The notes under the pieces are model-generated. The model was given only the letters and a program-made list of their open reading frames with translations, was not told the DNA's origin and searched no databases. The position numbers and the translations under genes were made by a program. A stretch of DNA of 64,000 nt from Octopus sinensis (taxonomy: Eukaryota), in NCBI RefSeq assembly GCF_006345805.1, contig NC_042998.1, positions 129,394,001 through 129,458,000 of the forward strand, given 5' to 3'. This document shows positions 1 to 15,485 of the stretch, piece by piece. Position 1 is the first letter of the stretch. Every line of letters starts with the position of its first letter.

Positions 1-631
1 TATCTAGAATTTGAAGGGCAGCAGTATGACACATATTGTCTAGTGGAGCATTGTAGAGAGAGGTATAGGTGATACATCAACTAGTCAAAAAAGTGCTGGT
101 TTAGTATAGTTGTAAGAACACACATCTATGTAAAACCAAAGAACTGCACCGATCATCAGAATTTTCGTAAAATGTATGCATCTCAACAAGTTTCTATTAA
201 CGAATTGGAAGACATCCTCTCACCGGATTAGACACAGTGTTTAATGTAATTTACTCTTTCTCATATCCAGCTACTCCTATTAGGCGTAGTTATGTTGAGA
301 TGTAAACACACGATATCAACAATATCCTTAATTTAGCGGATTAAAGGGACATAACGTAGATTCCATGAACAGAATTATTCTCCTTTTCCTTAAAATCCTC
401 GTTTTCCTTCTCTCATCATCATTTCTCGCTCTCTTTCTCTCTTATTTCCCCGCGGAGTGTTCATCCCATTTGAACCAAAACGATTGATAGATCATGCACT
501 GTATAATATACAGACCCGTCCTATTACTGCAATATCCGAGCATGAAACTTGAAGTAGGACTCGTATAATTCCTCTGTTCATTACGTTATAACCACACACA
601 CACAAATTTTCCTCTTCTTCTTCTTCTTCTT

Positions 632-693
<62 letters not shown>

Positions 694-911
694 GAGAGAG
701 AGAGAGAGACAGAGACAGAGAGAGAGAAAGAGAGAGAGAAAGAGAGAGAAAGAGAAATAGGGGAGATTGGGAGAGAGGAGAGAAAGAGGGGGCGAGAGAG
801 AGAGAGAGTGAGTGAGCGAGAGAGAGAGAGATGATAAGTATTGTGGAATTCATTAGATATTTCGATACCGCAAAACATTCAACATTTTAGACGACGTTCT
901 AACTACTGTCG

Positions 912-961
<50 letters not shown>

Positions 962-1670
962 GTGTGGGTGTTTGTGTGTATGTATGTATGTATGCATATG
1001 TAAGTTTGTGTGTATGTGCAGGTAAGCAACGACTGTACATTACAGAGTACGAACATTTGGTTTATGTAAATAATAAACAAATATTTTCAGTCTGCGAGTG
1101 AACTGAATGTTGCGTTCGAAATGAGGCAAAAAAAATCTCACAAAAATTACGACAACAAAATGCGGTGTTGGTGGGTGAACCGGTGAGATAACAAAGAAAA
1201 TAGTAATATATAATATTGAATAATAGTGGAAGTGAAATAAAGAAGAAAACGAATAGAAAAGAAATGCGCATAATAAAACGAAAACATATATGACAATAAC
1301 AGCGAAAAACAATTGATTTTTGAAAACTTCAAAATACTAAATATTAAAAGCCTTGCAAAGAAATATATGTGTTGCTGCTGCATGTAGTGGAAACTGGAAT
1401 AATGCTGGGGCTGATAAATAGATAGAGTAATAATTAAAAGGGTAGAAGGCGGGGAAGGAATGCAAAAGAGAAAGAAAGCAATCGTAAAAATCAATACGCG
1501 AATATGACAAGGAGATAATGAGAGAAATAATCTCGTAAACACACACACACACACACGCCAACACACGCACACCTCTATCTTGTCTATCTATCTATCCATC
1601 TATCTATCATATATATATATATATATGTATATATCTGTCTATTATATATATGTATATATATATGTATATA

Positions 1671-1739
<69 letters not shown>

Positions 1740-1783
1740 TTATATATATATACATATATATATATATATACTTATATATATAC

Positions 1784-1824
<41 letters not shown>

Positions 1825-3071
1825 CGTATATGTGTGCATAAGTGTGCACACATGTATTCGTATATACATGCACACACGCACATATATATTTATAAATATA
1901 TGTATATTTATATGTATTTATGCGCGCACGCGTGTGTGTGTAGAACAAGCAATAATGGATGAAAAGTAAAGATAAAGTGAAAGAGTAAAAGTGAAGTAAA
2001 ACGAATAATAAAAGAGTAGAAGGGAGCAGTGGAGAAAAGACAGGTGGAGTACTGGGAATGGAGACATAGTAAACGTAACAACATGAAGAAATATATAAAA
2101 CGTACAGTCAAACTACAAATCAAATAAATAAACACACCCGTATACATACACGTCATGTTTAAAGCACTTAATTTGCAAAATGCTGACAATTTCTGATTCT
2201 GTAAACACTCTTCTAGCATAAATAAAAATGTCCCGTTATAAAATGCATGTAAAATTCCATTTTAGTGTTTCTCTCTCATCAACCATACAAATTGATATAC
2301 AGATACAAACACACATACATACATTTTAAACAATAAATTTGTATTTTGTCAGGTGTACACATTCATTTGTATCCTGTTATATGGAAATCGGATTACATGT
2401 AAACTTATGATTTAACTGAAAATAAAACAGCATAAGTTTATTAAAACGCTCGCAATTTATCATAAAATCATGTAGAAACGATCCTCAAAAATGGCGGCTA
2501 TTTCGAATCAGACGTATTAAATGAAATTCTATATAGTTTTATTAAATTTCCATTTCCTCCATGCTATTCAATATTCAATAGACATTGGACTGTTTAATCT
2601 TAGCTTCCTTCAAGTAATATATTAGATGTCTAAGATATGGAAGAAAAACTGAAAGCTATAATTTATTAATACATTTTAGTTTTGGTTCATTTTAAGAATT
2701 ATATTCAATATAACTAAAGAGATAAAATTCTTTGAGAAAAGAAAAACATTGGTGGAAGATCATTCTACTTTTCTAAGTTATAAAAATGTAACATCAAATT
2801 CTATTTGTCTATAAATACATACATATAAAGAGAAATTATTTAAACCGTTATAAGACCAACTTATTTTAGCAAGAAACAAAATTTGCTATTTGATATATAG
2901 AAATTGGTAATATAAGTTTCAGAATCAAATATGCACTCGGTGTGCAACAGAATTAAAACGCTTGAAAATGATGACTCTGCTGAGCCACATTCTAAAGACT
3001 TAATTCTGTAAAAAACAAAGTAAAATACACTCACTTTAAAAAATCTAAAAATTCACTCCATAACCCCCCAC

Positions 3072-3325
3072 GGGCATATGGCGTAGGGGTTAAGAGCGCG
3101 GACTAACTCCAAGATTCCGAGTTCGATTCCAGGCTTATTATTAACATATTCATATATATAATACGGGCTTCTTTCAGTTTCCGTCTACCAAGGCTTATTA
3201 TTAATAATAATAAAAATACCCTGATGAAGGCTGGAGGGTATAGCAGCCGAAATGTTGTGTTAACAAACAAGATGAGGACAAATATCCGTCAAATGTAGAT
3301 AATGTACACAATTCCTCATCTATTA
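3072..3325 (+). mobile_element. tRNA-head SINE with internal (AAT)n followed by a degenerate hammerhead ribozyme
   Basis: A-box-like TGGCGTAGGGG near 3079 and B-box GTTCGATTCC at 3121-3130; short (AAT)n; CTGATGA (3221-3227), stem II GGCTG/CAGCC, GAAA-TGTT. Downstream sequence matches 51450-51500. Stem I and stem III are degenerate in this copy. Confidence 0.7.
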
Positions 3326-3329
3326 AATA

Positions 3330-3842
3330 TCTATATATATAAAACTGTAGTTGTGTGAGTGTTTGTCCCCTTCGATTTAGATTCCTAACTACTCCCACAT
3401 TTTGCGGTGCAGTTTAACCAAATTCAGGTATCTTATAGTCGTGATTCCTATCGAGCCCGTCTGAGTATTAGCGCGCGTCTACGATGAGTCTACGATTTTA
3501 AAAATAATTTAACATCATTTTTTATTCTATTTTAATGCATAATTTTTCGTGTGTCGATGGCGGCGGAGTTGGCGTCCATGGTCACACCTGCACCTGTTTG
3601 CTTCTCCCCCTCCTTCCCTCCCTCGTGAAGCTGTGGGGAAGGGAGTGTAAGGAAATCAACGTCGTAAAGCGTTGTCAAGGAGACCAGCGTTCTTTTAGAA
3701 CAACGACTTCATGGCTTGAAGACACCAAAACAGAAATGACTAAGAAAGCCCGAATTGGCATCTATAAGGGAAGTAACTCTCTAAAAATGCTTATATAGTT
3801 ATTTCCCTTACAAACCCGAGCAACGCCGGGCGATACTGCTAG
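3330..3842 (+). mobile_element. Non-autonomous Helitron-like element
   Basis: Begins TC (TCTATATATATAAAA) after an A; ends with hairpin CCCGAGCAACGCCGGG (3815-3830) then CTAG followed by T; no TSD. Confidence 0.6.
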
Positions 3843-4077
3843 TAGAATTGTAAAATACACTCTTCAACATAAATATGTACACACTATGTCACGTTCTACT
3901 TGCTGCGCAGCTAATTTTCATTCTGCATTCTATTCCAGTCGATACGTCCCTCAGATGTCACCTTCAAACTACCATCTCCCTTTATTCGTTCCTAGAAAGA
4001 CAACCATCCGAAATTCACTTACTACTCATGGTATCCTTCGGGCATCAAAGTACAAATGAACCGTAACAACTTAATCT

Positions 4078-4463
4078 TTTTTTATTTGTCTGTCATTTGA
4101 CTGTAGCCATGCCGGAGCACTGCTTTTGGTCGAACAAATCTTCCCCAGGACTTATTCTTTGTAATCATGGTACTTATTTTATTGGTCGGGTTTGCCGAAC
4201 CGCTTAGTTACGTGGACGTAAACACACCAACATCAGTTGTCAAGCGATGGTGGGTGGGTGGGGGGACAAACACAGATATACAAACATATTCATATATATA
4301 TAATACGGGCTTCTTTCAGTTTCCCTCTACCAAATCCACTCACAGGGCTTTGGTCGCCTCTAGGATATAGTAGAAGACACTTGACCAAGGTGCCACGCAG
4401 TGCGATTGAATGTCAACACTATGGACCGTTTGCCGAAGGTATTGTGGCCAGCCGCTTGCTCCT
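4078..4463 (-). mobile_element. tRNA-derived SINE, family A
   Basis: Reverse-complement match to 25892-26306 (gtggcaccttgg...gatttggtagacggaaactgaaagaagcccgt...ccagcatggccgcagtcaaatgac). Confidence 0.85.
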
Positions 4464-7400
4464 TTCTAAATCGTAATGTATTATTCATGCAAACACACAC
4501 CCACACACGCGCGCGCACACACACATACGCAAACATACATACATGATCTAAGGCGGTGTCATTCCTATTCGCGTTACCTTCGATTGGACTGGTCAAGAGT
4601 CTCTTTGCTTCTCGTTCTACCACTCTCGTGTCCTTTACGTTACCAACTTTTGTCCGTCTTGCAGTCACACGGCTTTTTTTTGTTGTATATGTATTATTAG
4701 TATTATTAATTGTTGTCTTTCTCTTCTTCCTAAGCCTTTATCCTGTTTATTGTTTTGTCCATCGTCCGTCCACTAACAGTCTCGTCTCGAGTCCGTCTTG
4801 TTTTGTTATGTTTTGGTCCAATTCCCGGCAAGTTTCTTGTCGGTGCTTCCAGAATGGAAGCAATATTATCGATAATTGGCCGAAATTGCTTTTGAACCTC
4901 TGGTCGAAAACTGATGAGGGGTTGGTGACCTGTGTCTTCTGTTCGCCTGTGTATTTAGTATATGTTCGTTTGTTTATTTATTCCACGTTTTTATAAAATT
5001 ATATATAGTTATGTCAAATTTTCAGTTTTCGTCTTCTTATTTAATCCTGAAAAAAAAAAGAAATATATATTTGTGTGTATGTGTACGTGTGCTTGTAGAA
5101 ATAGGTAACTATTGTTCAACATAATCTACAGATGTAATACCTGTACACGTCGTAAGTGTTGTATACTAGGGTCACTGGCTGTTTCAGCTTCTACAACATA
5201 CACACTCAGCTAGCCAACACGACATACAGGAATATCAAATGCCATACTACGTAAATTCTTAACCATTTTGATTAATTTAAATTATATCCACCTCTGTCTG
5301 ATGTGTCATAATGACTGCATGACGATTATGTTTTCGGTACATATCTATAATCTCTTAGTTATTGGAGTTAAGTTTGGACAATTGTCCGTTGGACAAACGT
5401 CCGTTCATTCAGAAATAAGTGTTCCTGAATTCCTCTTGTCTCCAGACAATAAATCTTACCTTTACTTTAATGGTATGTCAAATTGGAGAATTCTTGATTT
5501 TGAAGATTATCTACCCTCTTCCCTGGAGCTGTTCTTAATTACCATTTGGTGCTTATGATATATCGTCCAGAGGCGAAATTAATATACCTGTATTTGTCTA
5601 TGTCAAACCGACAGAAGTTGATCAATCCAATGTCTGTGTCCAAACATTATTCTGTTGTTCACACCAATTAAAACTTTTCAACTAGAACTATCTAGATGCT
5701 ATCTCAGCAATCTCTATGTGTTCTTCATGAATCTTCTACCCAGTCACCTAATGCGTATAGTTCCAAAGGCCTTACTCATTATACGATTTACGAACGCTCC
5801 ATTATAAGCCTCCACCGGCAAATGCATCGATCTCTGCCCATTTATACGGCAGTACTTTAGTAACGGCAGGAATTTAATTTTTTACCCCACTTGTCCTCAG
5901 CCATCATCTTTTACATTTTACTCCAAAAAGTAACTACTTTATATTTTTGAAAACCAAGATGCTCTCTTCTTTTGGGGTGATATATGGCTGAAAATTTTAA
6001 CTTTTTCCCCCAGATGAACTTCAATCATTCAGTCCTCTGCTGTGGAGTGAAAAATCGTATCATTTCAACGTATCCTTCTTTTAAGACACTGTGGTGTGAT
6101 ACGAGAGACAGATGTGGGTGTTTTTGTTTCTACTAGGGACAGTGACTGTGTACAGGACCACTCGTTAGATTGAATATGGAAATTATTTGTGACTTTCGTT
6201 ATTTGAGAGTCAAAAATTCTTGGAACAAAAAAAAATGAAACCTGATATCAAACAAAGTTTATATAATATAAACATGAACTAACAAGACTGCACCTTAAAA
6301 CCATTGAAGCTCCAAATAGCAAAACTATGTTTAAATGCATTAAATAATTTCATAAATTGTAGAAAAAATATTTTAGATGTGTGACAAGCATACAAATATC
6401 AAAACATTTTAATGTCAGTTAACTTAGAAACACTACGTCACTGATTTAACACATTTGAAATTACATAAAAATGTGCATCTGAATTTTGCATTTTGATACT
6501 GGCGCAGCACAGTTAACAGTTAGCATGACTTTGTACAGGATTTATTTACACCAAGATTAACGACACTCTTTTCAGGGAGTGGTGCAGTGCATGCTGGTAC
6601 TAGCTCGTGCTTTTCTCTATCCGGCCTTGATCCAATGGTTCTTTACAGACTTCATTGAGTCTTGAGCTATAATCCAAATTTATTGGAATCAAACTTATTG
6701 GTATACTACTCTAAGGCATCGCTTGTTCGAAGTATTTTTCTCCGTCACTGGTCATGTGGTAAAGCATCAGCATACTCTGAGTGGAATATACGATTACAAC
6801 CTGGAGAAAAACTACGATATATGCTCTTTCTGTTGTGGTAAAATATAATAGCGGCGGTTAGAAATTGTCCTTAGCCTTTAAACAGTGTCGTGTTTCTCAA
6901 AACTCGAAAGCCGATCTACAGTCTAAATCAGAGAAATCCTAAAGAAAGAGCGATCGCTTTGCATGTTGTATCTCCTAAGGATGAGACAATAAGACTGAGG
7001 AAGTCAATTTCTTTTCCAAGTTTTGAATAATATCCAGATATCTGCTACTAAGTTTCCAATGATGCATTAATACTTATATGGACAGTGTTATTATCTTGAA
7101 ACTATGCCTCTTCTTGTTAACTACTTTTGTAAGATATAATGTCAGCTTTTATTAACCTTGCCAATACCAAACATGATGTCATAACAGTTCCTCTCTTACC
7201 GCTGTTCCATCTGTGTCAGTATGTGAAACTAACTCCAGGCAGTATCTATTTTTACTGCCCATGGACAGAAACTTCATGAAATAATCAGTAAAGCACTATC
7301 CCTGTATAATAGTCGTTTTAGTTCGTATGTGAATTAGACCCAACCTACAATTACAATAAATTAATAAGAATCTCGTGTTAGTAAATCCTACTCTCAGTCA

Positions 7401-9167
7401 GATTATTCGCTGCAATAATTTCCACAATTTAGGTCAACAAAAATGTGATTTAGTACCGGAATTTATCCTTCACAAGAAAGTGCTTAAGGGTATGAGAAAG
7501 GGACTTGACAGAAAAATCTCCCCAGTTTACTGTAATCGCTAATACATCGGAATAGCTTTAATGCTGTATTTTTTCTTGAGCATTTTCTTCTGTTGTTGGT
7601 TACTGTTTGTGGAAAAGCAACGAATTTTTCTGTTATAGGTCGGAATTATCGAGATGTCATTTTTACCAAACATTTTTGAAATTATAGTTCATGTCCATAT
7701 TATACGAAATTTGATGATTTTTTTTGTTCCTAAAAATTGTTGAACTATGTCTAAAATGAAATGTTGCTAAATGGTATACGTTGATGTAAAAACTATTTGA
7801 AAGCAAAATGCACGAAATATGTTCTGCCTAGGTCACAACTGAAGCGTTAGAGCTATTTGAAAAGCGTCCCTTTCTTTACAATCACAATCTCATGAACGTG
7901 GCTCCCACATTCTCCACACTACTAAACCATTCAATGTTCACACATACTAAAGCTGTTATTTAGGTCGTTACTTGAGAAAAAGTAAGTTTTTTTCATCACA
8001 AAGAAATAAGAATAAAATTGTTCACATTTTGGTGCCCTACTATTTCACAGCGCAATCCCATCTACAGTGACCTAATATACTTATTAATTTTGTGGGGTTA
8101 TAGTCAAAACGTCAGAAATCACTTCTCGCAGCAATCGTATTTACATTAGTTAATAAAGTCCACGTAACTGATTCCTCAGATATGCAAACATTGTGTGCCT
8201 TTCTCTTTATACTAACTACTGCCTCAACATCTTACTCTCCACCTATAGGTTTGAATTATGAAAACTCATCAAGTGTTATTTAATATAGTACATAACTTGA
8301 TGCTAACATTCTAAGCAATATATTCCAATGGAGATTGAAGGTCCCCAAATCCACTGGATTGTAGGAAGTGACACATGAACTTGCATGTATTTACTGATTT
8401 GCATGGAAAGCCCTGTAACCTCTACTCATAGAAGTTAAAAATTGTGCTCCATTTAAAAGTTTAAAAAATTGCTAACTTCATGCAGCGCAATATAAGCATA
8501 AAATACATACAATTACATACACAGGTGTATACATGTGTATATATGCGCTGTATGAAAACAGACTAATTATCATTTTGTTGGTTATTTTATTTAATGTCAA
8601 AACAGTATTCATAAGATCTTGGTATACTTGGACAATAGAGAAAAAAATAACCCAGCAAGATTTAACGTGAGTTCTGCAAATTTCGCATGTATAAATGTAC
8701 AACAAAAGGGTGATATACTTTTCCAAACTAAAGAACGTGACACTGTTAAGTAAACGTTAGAGGTGTATACAATCGTATGTTTTATTGAAGGAATACAAAA
8801 TAAATCCGAAAAAGAAAAATAATTGTATATATTATGCAACACAGTATGTGATATATTACACTTTGCATATGAAAATATGATTCATCGCAAAAAAAAAGGA
8901 AAGAAAAGAAACCTTTCTGCTACTTCCCAAGTTAATTAGAACACCTGAATACCAGTTCTACTATTGCAACTGGATTATGTCACATGCTGTGTAGTATAAT
9001 ATATAATTAACCTTAGTTACTTTTATTTTTGTTTTGTTAAGGCAAAATCACATTTTATGCATTTTTTAATAAGGTATATTACTTCAATAACTGCACTTGA
9101 TTCAGTTAAATTTAGTCTGCAAAGGAAGGGAGAGAGAGAGAGACTGAGTGAGAGAGAGGGAGAGACT

Positions 9168-9198
<31 letters not shown>

Positions 9199-9607
9199 TT
9201 AAAGAAGAAAGTAAGACGTGCCGTATCATGACAATAGAGAGTTACTAAGTTTGTGTTCCCATTGAACAAGGTTATAAAATAAAATAGTGTTCATGTTCAA
9301 CTATGTATTCGAACGCATGGACACAGTGTATATGATATCATTATTTCATATTGCCTCAACAAAGAAATTACAAGAATAAAATCTAATTCTATCCTCTATG
9401 TCATTCAGCAATTACATAAATACATGTTCAACTACTCTTTGGTAATAAGGTCTAGAATGATCAAAACATGCATAGTTGTCTTCGTATTTACCAAATATCG
9501 GATTCACCCCGAATGCTTGCTCCTAATTATTTGCAATCAGTTTAAATTTCGAAGTTATCTCCCTTCCTCTTTAGAACAAACAGATCCTAACATAATCACA
9601 GGGCCAT

Positions 9608-9652
<45 letters not shown>

Positions 9653-11080
9653 GTAGTAAGACAAAAAAGAAGAAAAGAAAATCGATCTTATATGATTACT
9701 AAATGTTTTAAATGAACATAGACCATTTTCATGATCCCAAGTTTCGTTGTATTGACAAGCTCCAATTGGAGCGAAATAACGTTATATGCAGCTACTAGGA
9801 CACTCAAATTGGGAAGAAAAATGAATTACAGGGAATTAATATTTCATATGGAAATATTTTTTCCTATATTCTCTCATTTATAAGAAAAAGACCGTGCATA
9901 ATAATAAGCAAAGAAAAAAAACGAAAATTAGGAGCCCTGAGTGGGTCTCTCCCCTTAAAGGGAAACTGCAACCTCTCTTCTAATTCTCAGCAAACTCTCT
10001 TTCTCTGCCTCTTACTCCGAAAGCAACCGTAAGTGGCGGCACCAACACTCGCCAGTCATATTTCTCATATATGTATATGTATAAGAAAACACACACACAC
10101 ACGTACACACTTAAACACACACACACGACAATAAACCGGACGAAGCAATATCTCAATGGAGCGTTGTGCATGCTAAATATTCGATGCAGTAGAGCATCAA
10201 CATTTGTATGTCTTAAAGACTGTACCGAATATGCTACAATCTCGAAGCATGCCCAGTGCTTTCAACGGTTGGCTTTAAAGAAAATAACTCATTCTAACAA
10301 CGGTGTCTATAGTTTTTAAAGTCTTTAATATCAAATAGAATTCTTATAGTTATCTCCCATTCTTCTTTTGTTTACACTTTAAACAACCATAAATGAAAAT
10401 GGAGTTTTTGTGTTTTCTAATTGTAAAGATAACCTTAGTTTTCAGCTCACTCTATTATATATCTGACACTCTACCGCATGTGCATTTAGTGTTCAGATTG
10501 CTCCTCTGACGTATTTCCACTCAGCCATATTGTCATGTCAATATGCGATCGTTAATCTGTTTTCTCTGTAAGAGGTAAACAATCAAGACACTAAAATCAC
10601 TGAACCTTGGTGTCTCTAGAATCCTCCAGAGTTTTATTGTTGCGTGTTGTTTCTCTTAAGCATTTACTTCTTTGTATCTCACCTTCCTCGCCTATTTCTT
10701 GTTTATTACTTTCTTTCCCTCTTTCTGTCTGCCTTCCTTTCTTTCGGGTCTCTATTTTCTCTCACTCTAGTTTTCGTAACCAATTTCGTATTTTGCGCTT
10801 TTCTAGCTTTCTTGTGTTTTATTTTCGTTCTTTAACCTTAAATCTGCATCTTTATATTCGTTTTTAAACTATTTAAGCATCCATTTTTGTTTACACTGTA
10901 CTTTCAGTCTTTCATTCATTTACAGAATTTTAACTATATCATATATTTAGATATTTTGAGTTAGGGTTATTTATTCTTTCTATCTATTTACTAACGTTCA
11001 CATTCGTTTCTACTCTACTTATTTCCCTCCTTCCTTTACTATCATTATTTTATTCTATATATTCTTTGATTCTTATATTC

Positions 11081-11230
11081 TTTTACTTGTTTCAGTCATT
11101 TGACTGCGGCCATGCTGGAGCACTGCCTTTAGCTGAACAAATCGACCCCAGGACTTATTATTTGTAAGCCTAGTACTTATTCTATCGGTCGCTATTGCCG
11201 AATCGCTAAGTTACAGGAACATAAACACAC
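11081..11230 (-). mobile_element. SINE family A, 3' fragment
   Basis: ttttacttgtttcagtcatttgactgcggccatgctggagcac... matches the 3' tail of family A. Confidence 0.85.
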
Positions 11231-11486
11231 ACACACACACACACACACACGTATGTATATATCGCTTAGGCATTGCGAAACTAATAATCTGCTGTAGAAC
11301 TCGATATACATAAGCTTCAGAACGAAGTAACACTGCATCGAGTAAAGAGCGGTAATATAAGAAAATTGGACGACGAAGGAATATATAAGTCTACAGTATA
11401 TTATAACAGAAACAACTGTAAGCTTATGAAACTCATAAGATAATCGTTTATTCTTTTGTCATCTCATTTAATTTTTTATATATATA

Positions 11487-11554
<68 letters not shown>

Positions 11555-11605
11555 GTATGTATGTATATATATATATATATATAATTGTATGTATGTTTTT
11601 ATGTT

Positions 11606-11652
<47 letters not shown>

Positions 11653-12651
11653 GTATGTATATATCTATATATGTATTTATATACCACTTTCTTCCTCCCT
11701 TAAACTGTTCTCGCTTGCTTTCATTCACCTAACAATTCATTCATTTATTTACTATTTCCAACATTGTTGTTGTGTCGACCCTTTAATTTTGTCCTTTATT
11801 TTCTACTTCAGTTAATATTTATTCTCTCTAGTCTTTATTCCACCTTTGCACGAGTTATTTTTCTTTACTTGTTTTCCTATATTCATTCACGCAATCGTTC
11901 ATTCCTTCACTCATTCGTTCTTCCTTTCACAATTGATATTAGTATTCTTATCTTTACACTTTGCAGTTTTCTTTGCTAGATTTTTGCTCTTCTTTCATCC
12001 TTCTTATATTCCTCATCTTGCTCTAATTCCTGCTTCCTTTGTTTTAATTTTCCTTCTTTCGTAATTGTACTTTTTACATTCCTTTCTTCCTTCTCGCCTT
12101 TCCGCTTTCCTTTCATTTCAATAGATTTTTCTGCATTTTGACTGTCTTTTGTAAATATGCTTTAATTTAAATCTTTTTCTCAACTATTTTATTTTCCTTT
12201 ATACTTCTTTAACTTGCCTCGTCTCTTTATTTTTTTTTCTCCCAGTTTCTGTCATAGAATAACAACAATAACAACAACAACAACAACAGCAGCTATAGCA
12301 ACAACAATAATAATGATTATTATTATTTGGATGGAAATTTTGTTTATATTCGTTTTGTGCGACTTTTGATACTTTTAATTTAAATGTTGTTTTCTTTTTT
12401 AATTTAGATTCAGAAATGTTCTGTTCTTTTTACGCATTTTATTTTCTATTTCAGCTTTGGACTTATAACGCATCAGTGACTGGCAGTTACCTTATAAAAC
12501 TATGTCGCAATTTTAGTCCAGTTAAAAATAAAAATAAAAAGGAAGAAAGTAAATTAACGAATAACAAAGAACTGGAAGTATAAAAATAGAACAAATGAAA
12601 CAAAAATCAACTAGAAAATACAAATACGGGGAAGACGGTGAGCAATTTTAG

Positions 12652-12748
<97 letters not shown>

Positions 12749-12813
12749 TATATATATATATATGTATGTATGTATGTATTGTTGTATATATATATATATA
12801 CACATATACATAT

Positions 12814-12846
<33 letters not shown>

Positions 12847-13153
12847 TATTTATATATATATTTCATTATCATCATTGTTCGACCGTGGTCGAGACAATGG
12901 AATTTACCATATATATATATATATATATATATCTACAGGTATACGCGCACACACATATGTAAAGCGAGAGAAAGACAGAGTGAGAGCGAAACAGAGAAAA
13001 AGTCATCTTATGTCGTCTGCTTAAGAGAGTCAGTTATGTTTGCTGAGAAGATTAGGCGTGAGAAGAGAAACGACGATAAAAACTGAAGTGAAAATAAATG
13101 AAAACAAATAAAAAAAAATTAAATATATTCCAAATCACATAGAAAAATAGTTG

Positions 13154-13216
<63 letters not shown>

Positions 13217-14487
13217 ATATATATACATACATACATGCATGCATACATACGCACACACATATATATATTAGAAATGGAGGAAAACAATATAATAAAGTGA
13301 GAAATAAAGATAGGAAATAAACATAGCAGAATATATCGTTGAAAGAATAAACAGAAAGCGAATGAAAAAAACAGCAATAACTTTAAGCATGAAGATCTAA
13401 AAAATAAAACACTCAAGCAGTAAGAAGATAAATTAAAACAAGAACGGCAAACAACAGCAAACAGCAGCAAACAACAAACCCATGCAATATAATTTAAAGT
13501 AAGGATATTTTTGTAACTGTTTATGAATAAGGAGTTAAGGAGTTTAATATCAATTGTGTCTTTTTTTTATGCTTGTTCTAGTTTATACTTTAGAATTCAA
13601 GCGTCTGGTGAATATATAAGACGTAGTTAAAGAGTTTGCACAGGAAAAGGTAAATTGAAATATGCCAACTTTGCTGCTGCTGCTGCTGCTGCAGCTAAGT
13701 AGTAGTAGTAGTAGTAGTTTCGTTCAGAATTCTGATCTATCGTTTCAGGATTGTGATCTTGGTTTCTTTGTCCGCTATCGCACAACAGTTAAACTGTTTA
13801 ATGTGAATTGCTTTGAAGCTAAATTGAAGGAAGATCTTTATATGTTTACTTTTCAATGTTTTTTTTTTTGTTTCCAACAGATTGTGATCTTCTGGTTCAT
13901 TTTGAGGAAGTTATTCAGAAAGTAATCAATCACTTCTCCATTGTCTGTATTGCTTTTAGATTGAAGTAAGTTAGAGTGATATTTATACCTGCTGCAGCTG
14001 AGCCGTACTTTAAGACAGATATACATGTTGAATAGACGAGACTCGATGTAGAAGGTTGTTTTATTTGCCTCAGTAGCTCTGACTGCAGAGTTAAAGCATA
14101 ATATTCTGAGATAGACTTAAGGTTTGAGAAAGCTGAAGTCAAATTTGCTGAACGTATTTGGGAGAACAGGGACTTAAAACATTTCTCAAGCTTTCATTCT
14201 ATGACGCTTGTACGGTCACTTCCTTGCTATAATTTCTGAAATATGGATGCCATATCTCTAGATGCTTTTAAAGCATATATTATAAATACGTTGGAAATGT
14301 TTTTTATCCGACAAAGAGCAGACTATCTCAGTACAACCTCACCTTATTGAGAGGTAGATTATGTCATCAGTCTTCGTGACTTCAGAATCCAATTTTCATT
14401 TTGAAAGCGTTCTGGGTAAACGTCGCCAATATAAATTAAAAATTGATTTCCCTTCTCAAAGACAATTTTAAGTTATTAAATATTGGT

Positions 14488-14665
14488 TTCGCATTTTAGC
14501 TCAAGGCCAGCAATTTTGAGGGAGTGGCAAGTCGATTGCATCGACCTCAGTGTTTAACATGTATTTATTTTATCGACATCGAAAGGCAACGTCGATCGGC
14601 GGAAATTGGACACAGAACAGAAGGACGGACGAAATGCCGCCAAGCATTTTGCCTGGCGTGTTAAC
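14488..14665 (-). mobile_element. tRNA-derived SINE, family B
   Basis: gtcgattgcatcgacctcagtg...ttttatcgac...gaaaggcaacgtcga...aagcattttgcctggcgtgttaac; matches 32425-32606 and 40240-40640. Confidence 0.75.
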
Positions 14666-15444
14666 AGCCCAGTCCTCTTAAGTTACTAAATGTTAGCACT
14701 GTTATGTGGGATCATCTCAACTTGGATATAAGAGACCAGTTACAGGAGTCCAGGGAGAACAGCTTGCAGCCCGAGATCAACAGAATTGATTGTCAAAAAG
14801 TTATATACATGAAAGTATATAAATAATAGCTGAAAATATTTAAGTTTTGGAATACGATGCTAGAAATGTGCACATAATGTGGAGAGGGATTTACTGCCTT
14901 CGCTATCTAAGTGCTGATCTCGTAAACATCATTACTGTTCTCATTGGCAAATATACAAGAACTAAAAAAATGGTCCCTTTAGCTTTCGGAAATGTTTAAG
15001 AAAACTCAGTTAAAGATGACATCTTACATCTTCTTCACATGCACGTGAGCGTGCACTCACGCACACACACACTCACACACACACACACGCATACACGCGC
15101 ACACACAATAACTACACTAACACACATACACAAACACACTCATGGCCACACATCATCTTAACTATGAATATCAAAGTACTGACACATCTAAATAGAGTTG
15201 TATGTCATATGGGATTGAAGAACTCGATTGATATCGATATAATTATTCAATATCAATATGCACACTCGCACACTCACGTAGTCACATACTCTAACCTATA
15301 CATAACATTTCACCAGTGAATATTGGAAAACTGACATTTTGATAAGAAATCTATGTCATATGGGATTGCAGGAAATCTTGATTGATATTAATATAATTAT
15401 CAACGTCATCGTTACACACACACACGGACACATATGCATACACA

Positions 15445-15485
<41 letters not shown>

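Noticed and set aside
4895-4935. CTGATGA at 4911
   Set aside because: No stem II followed by GAAA.
6570-6680. FN3-like peptide SLSGLDPMVLYRLH*VLSYN after a polypyrimidine-AG
   Set aside because: In-frame stop, no donor or neighbouring exons identified; likely chance.
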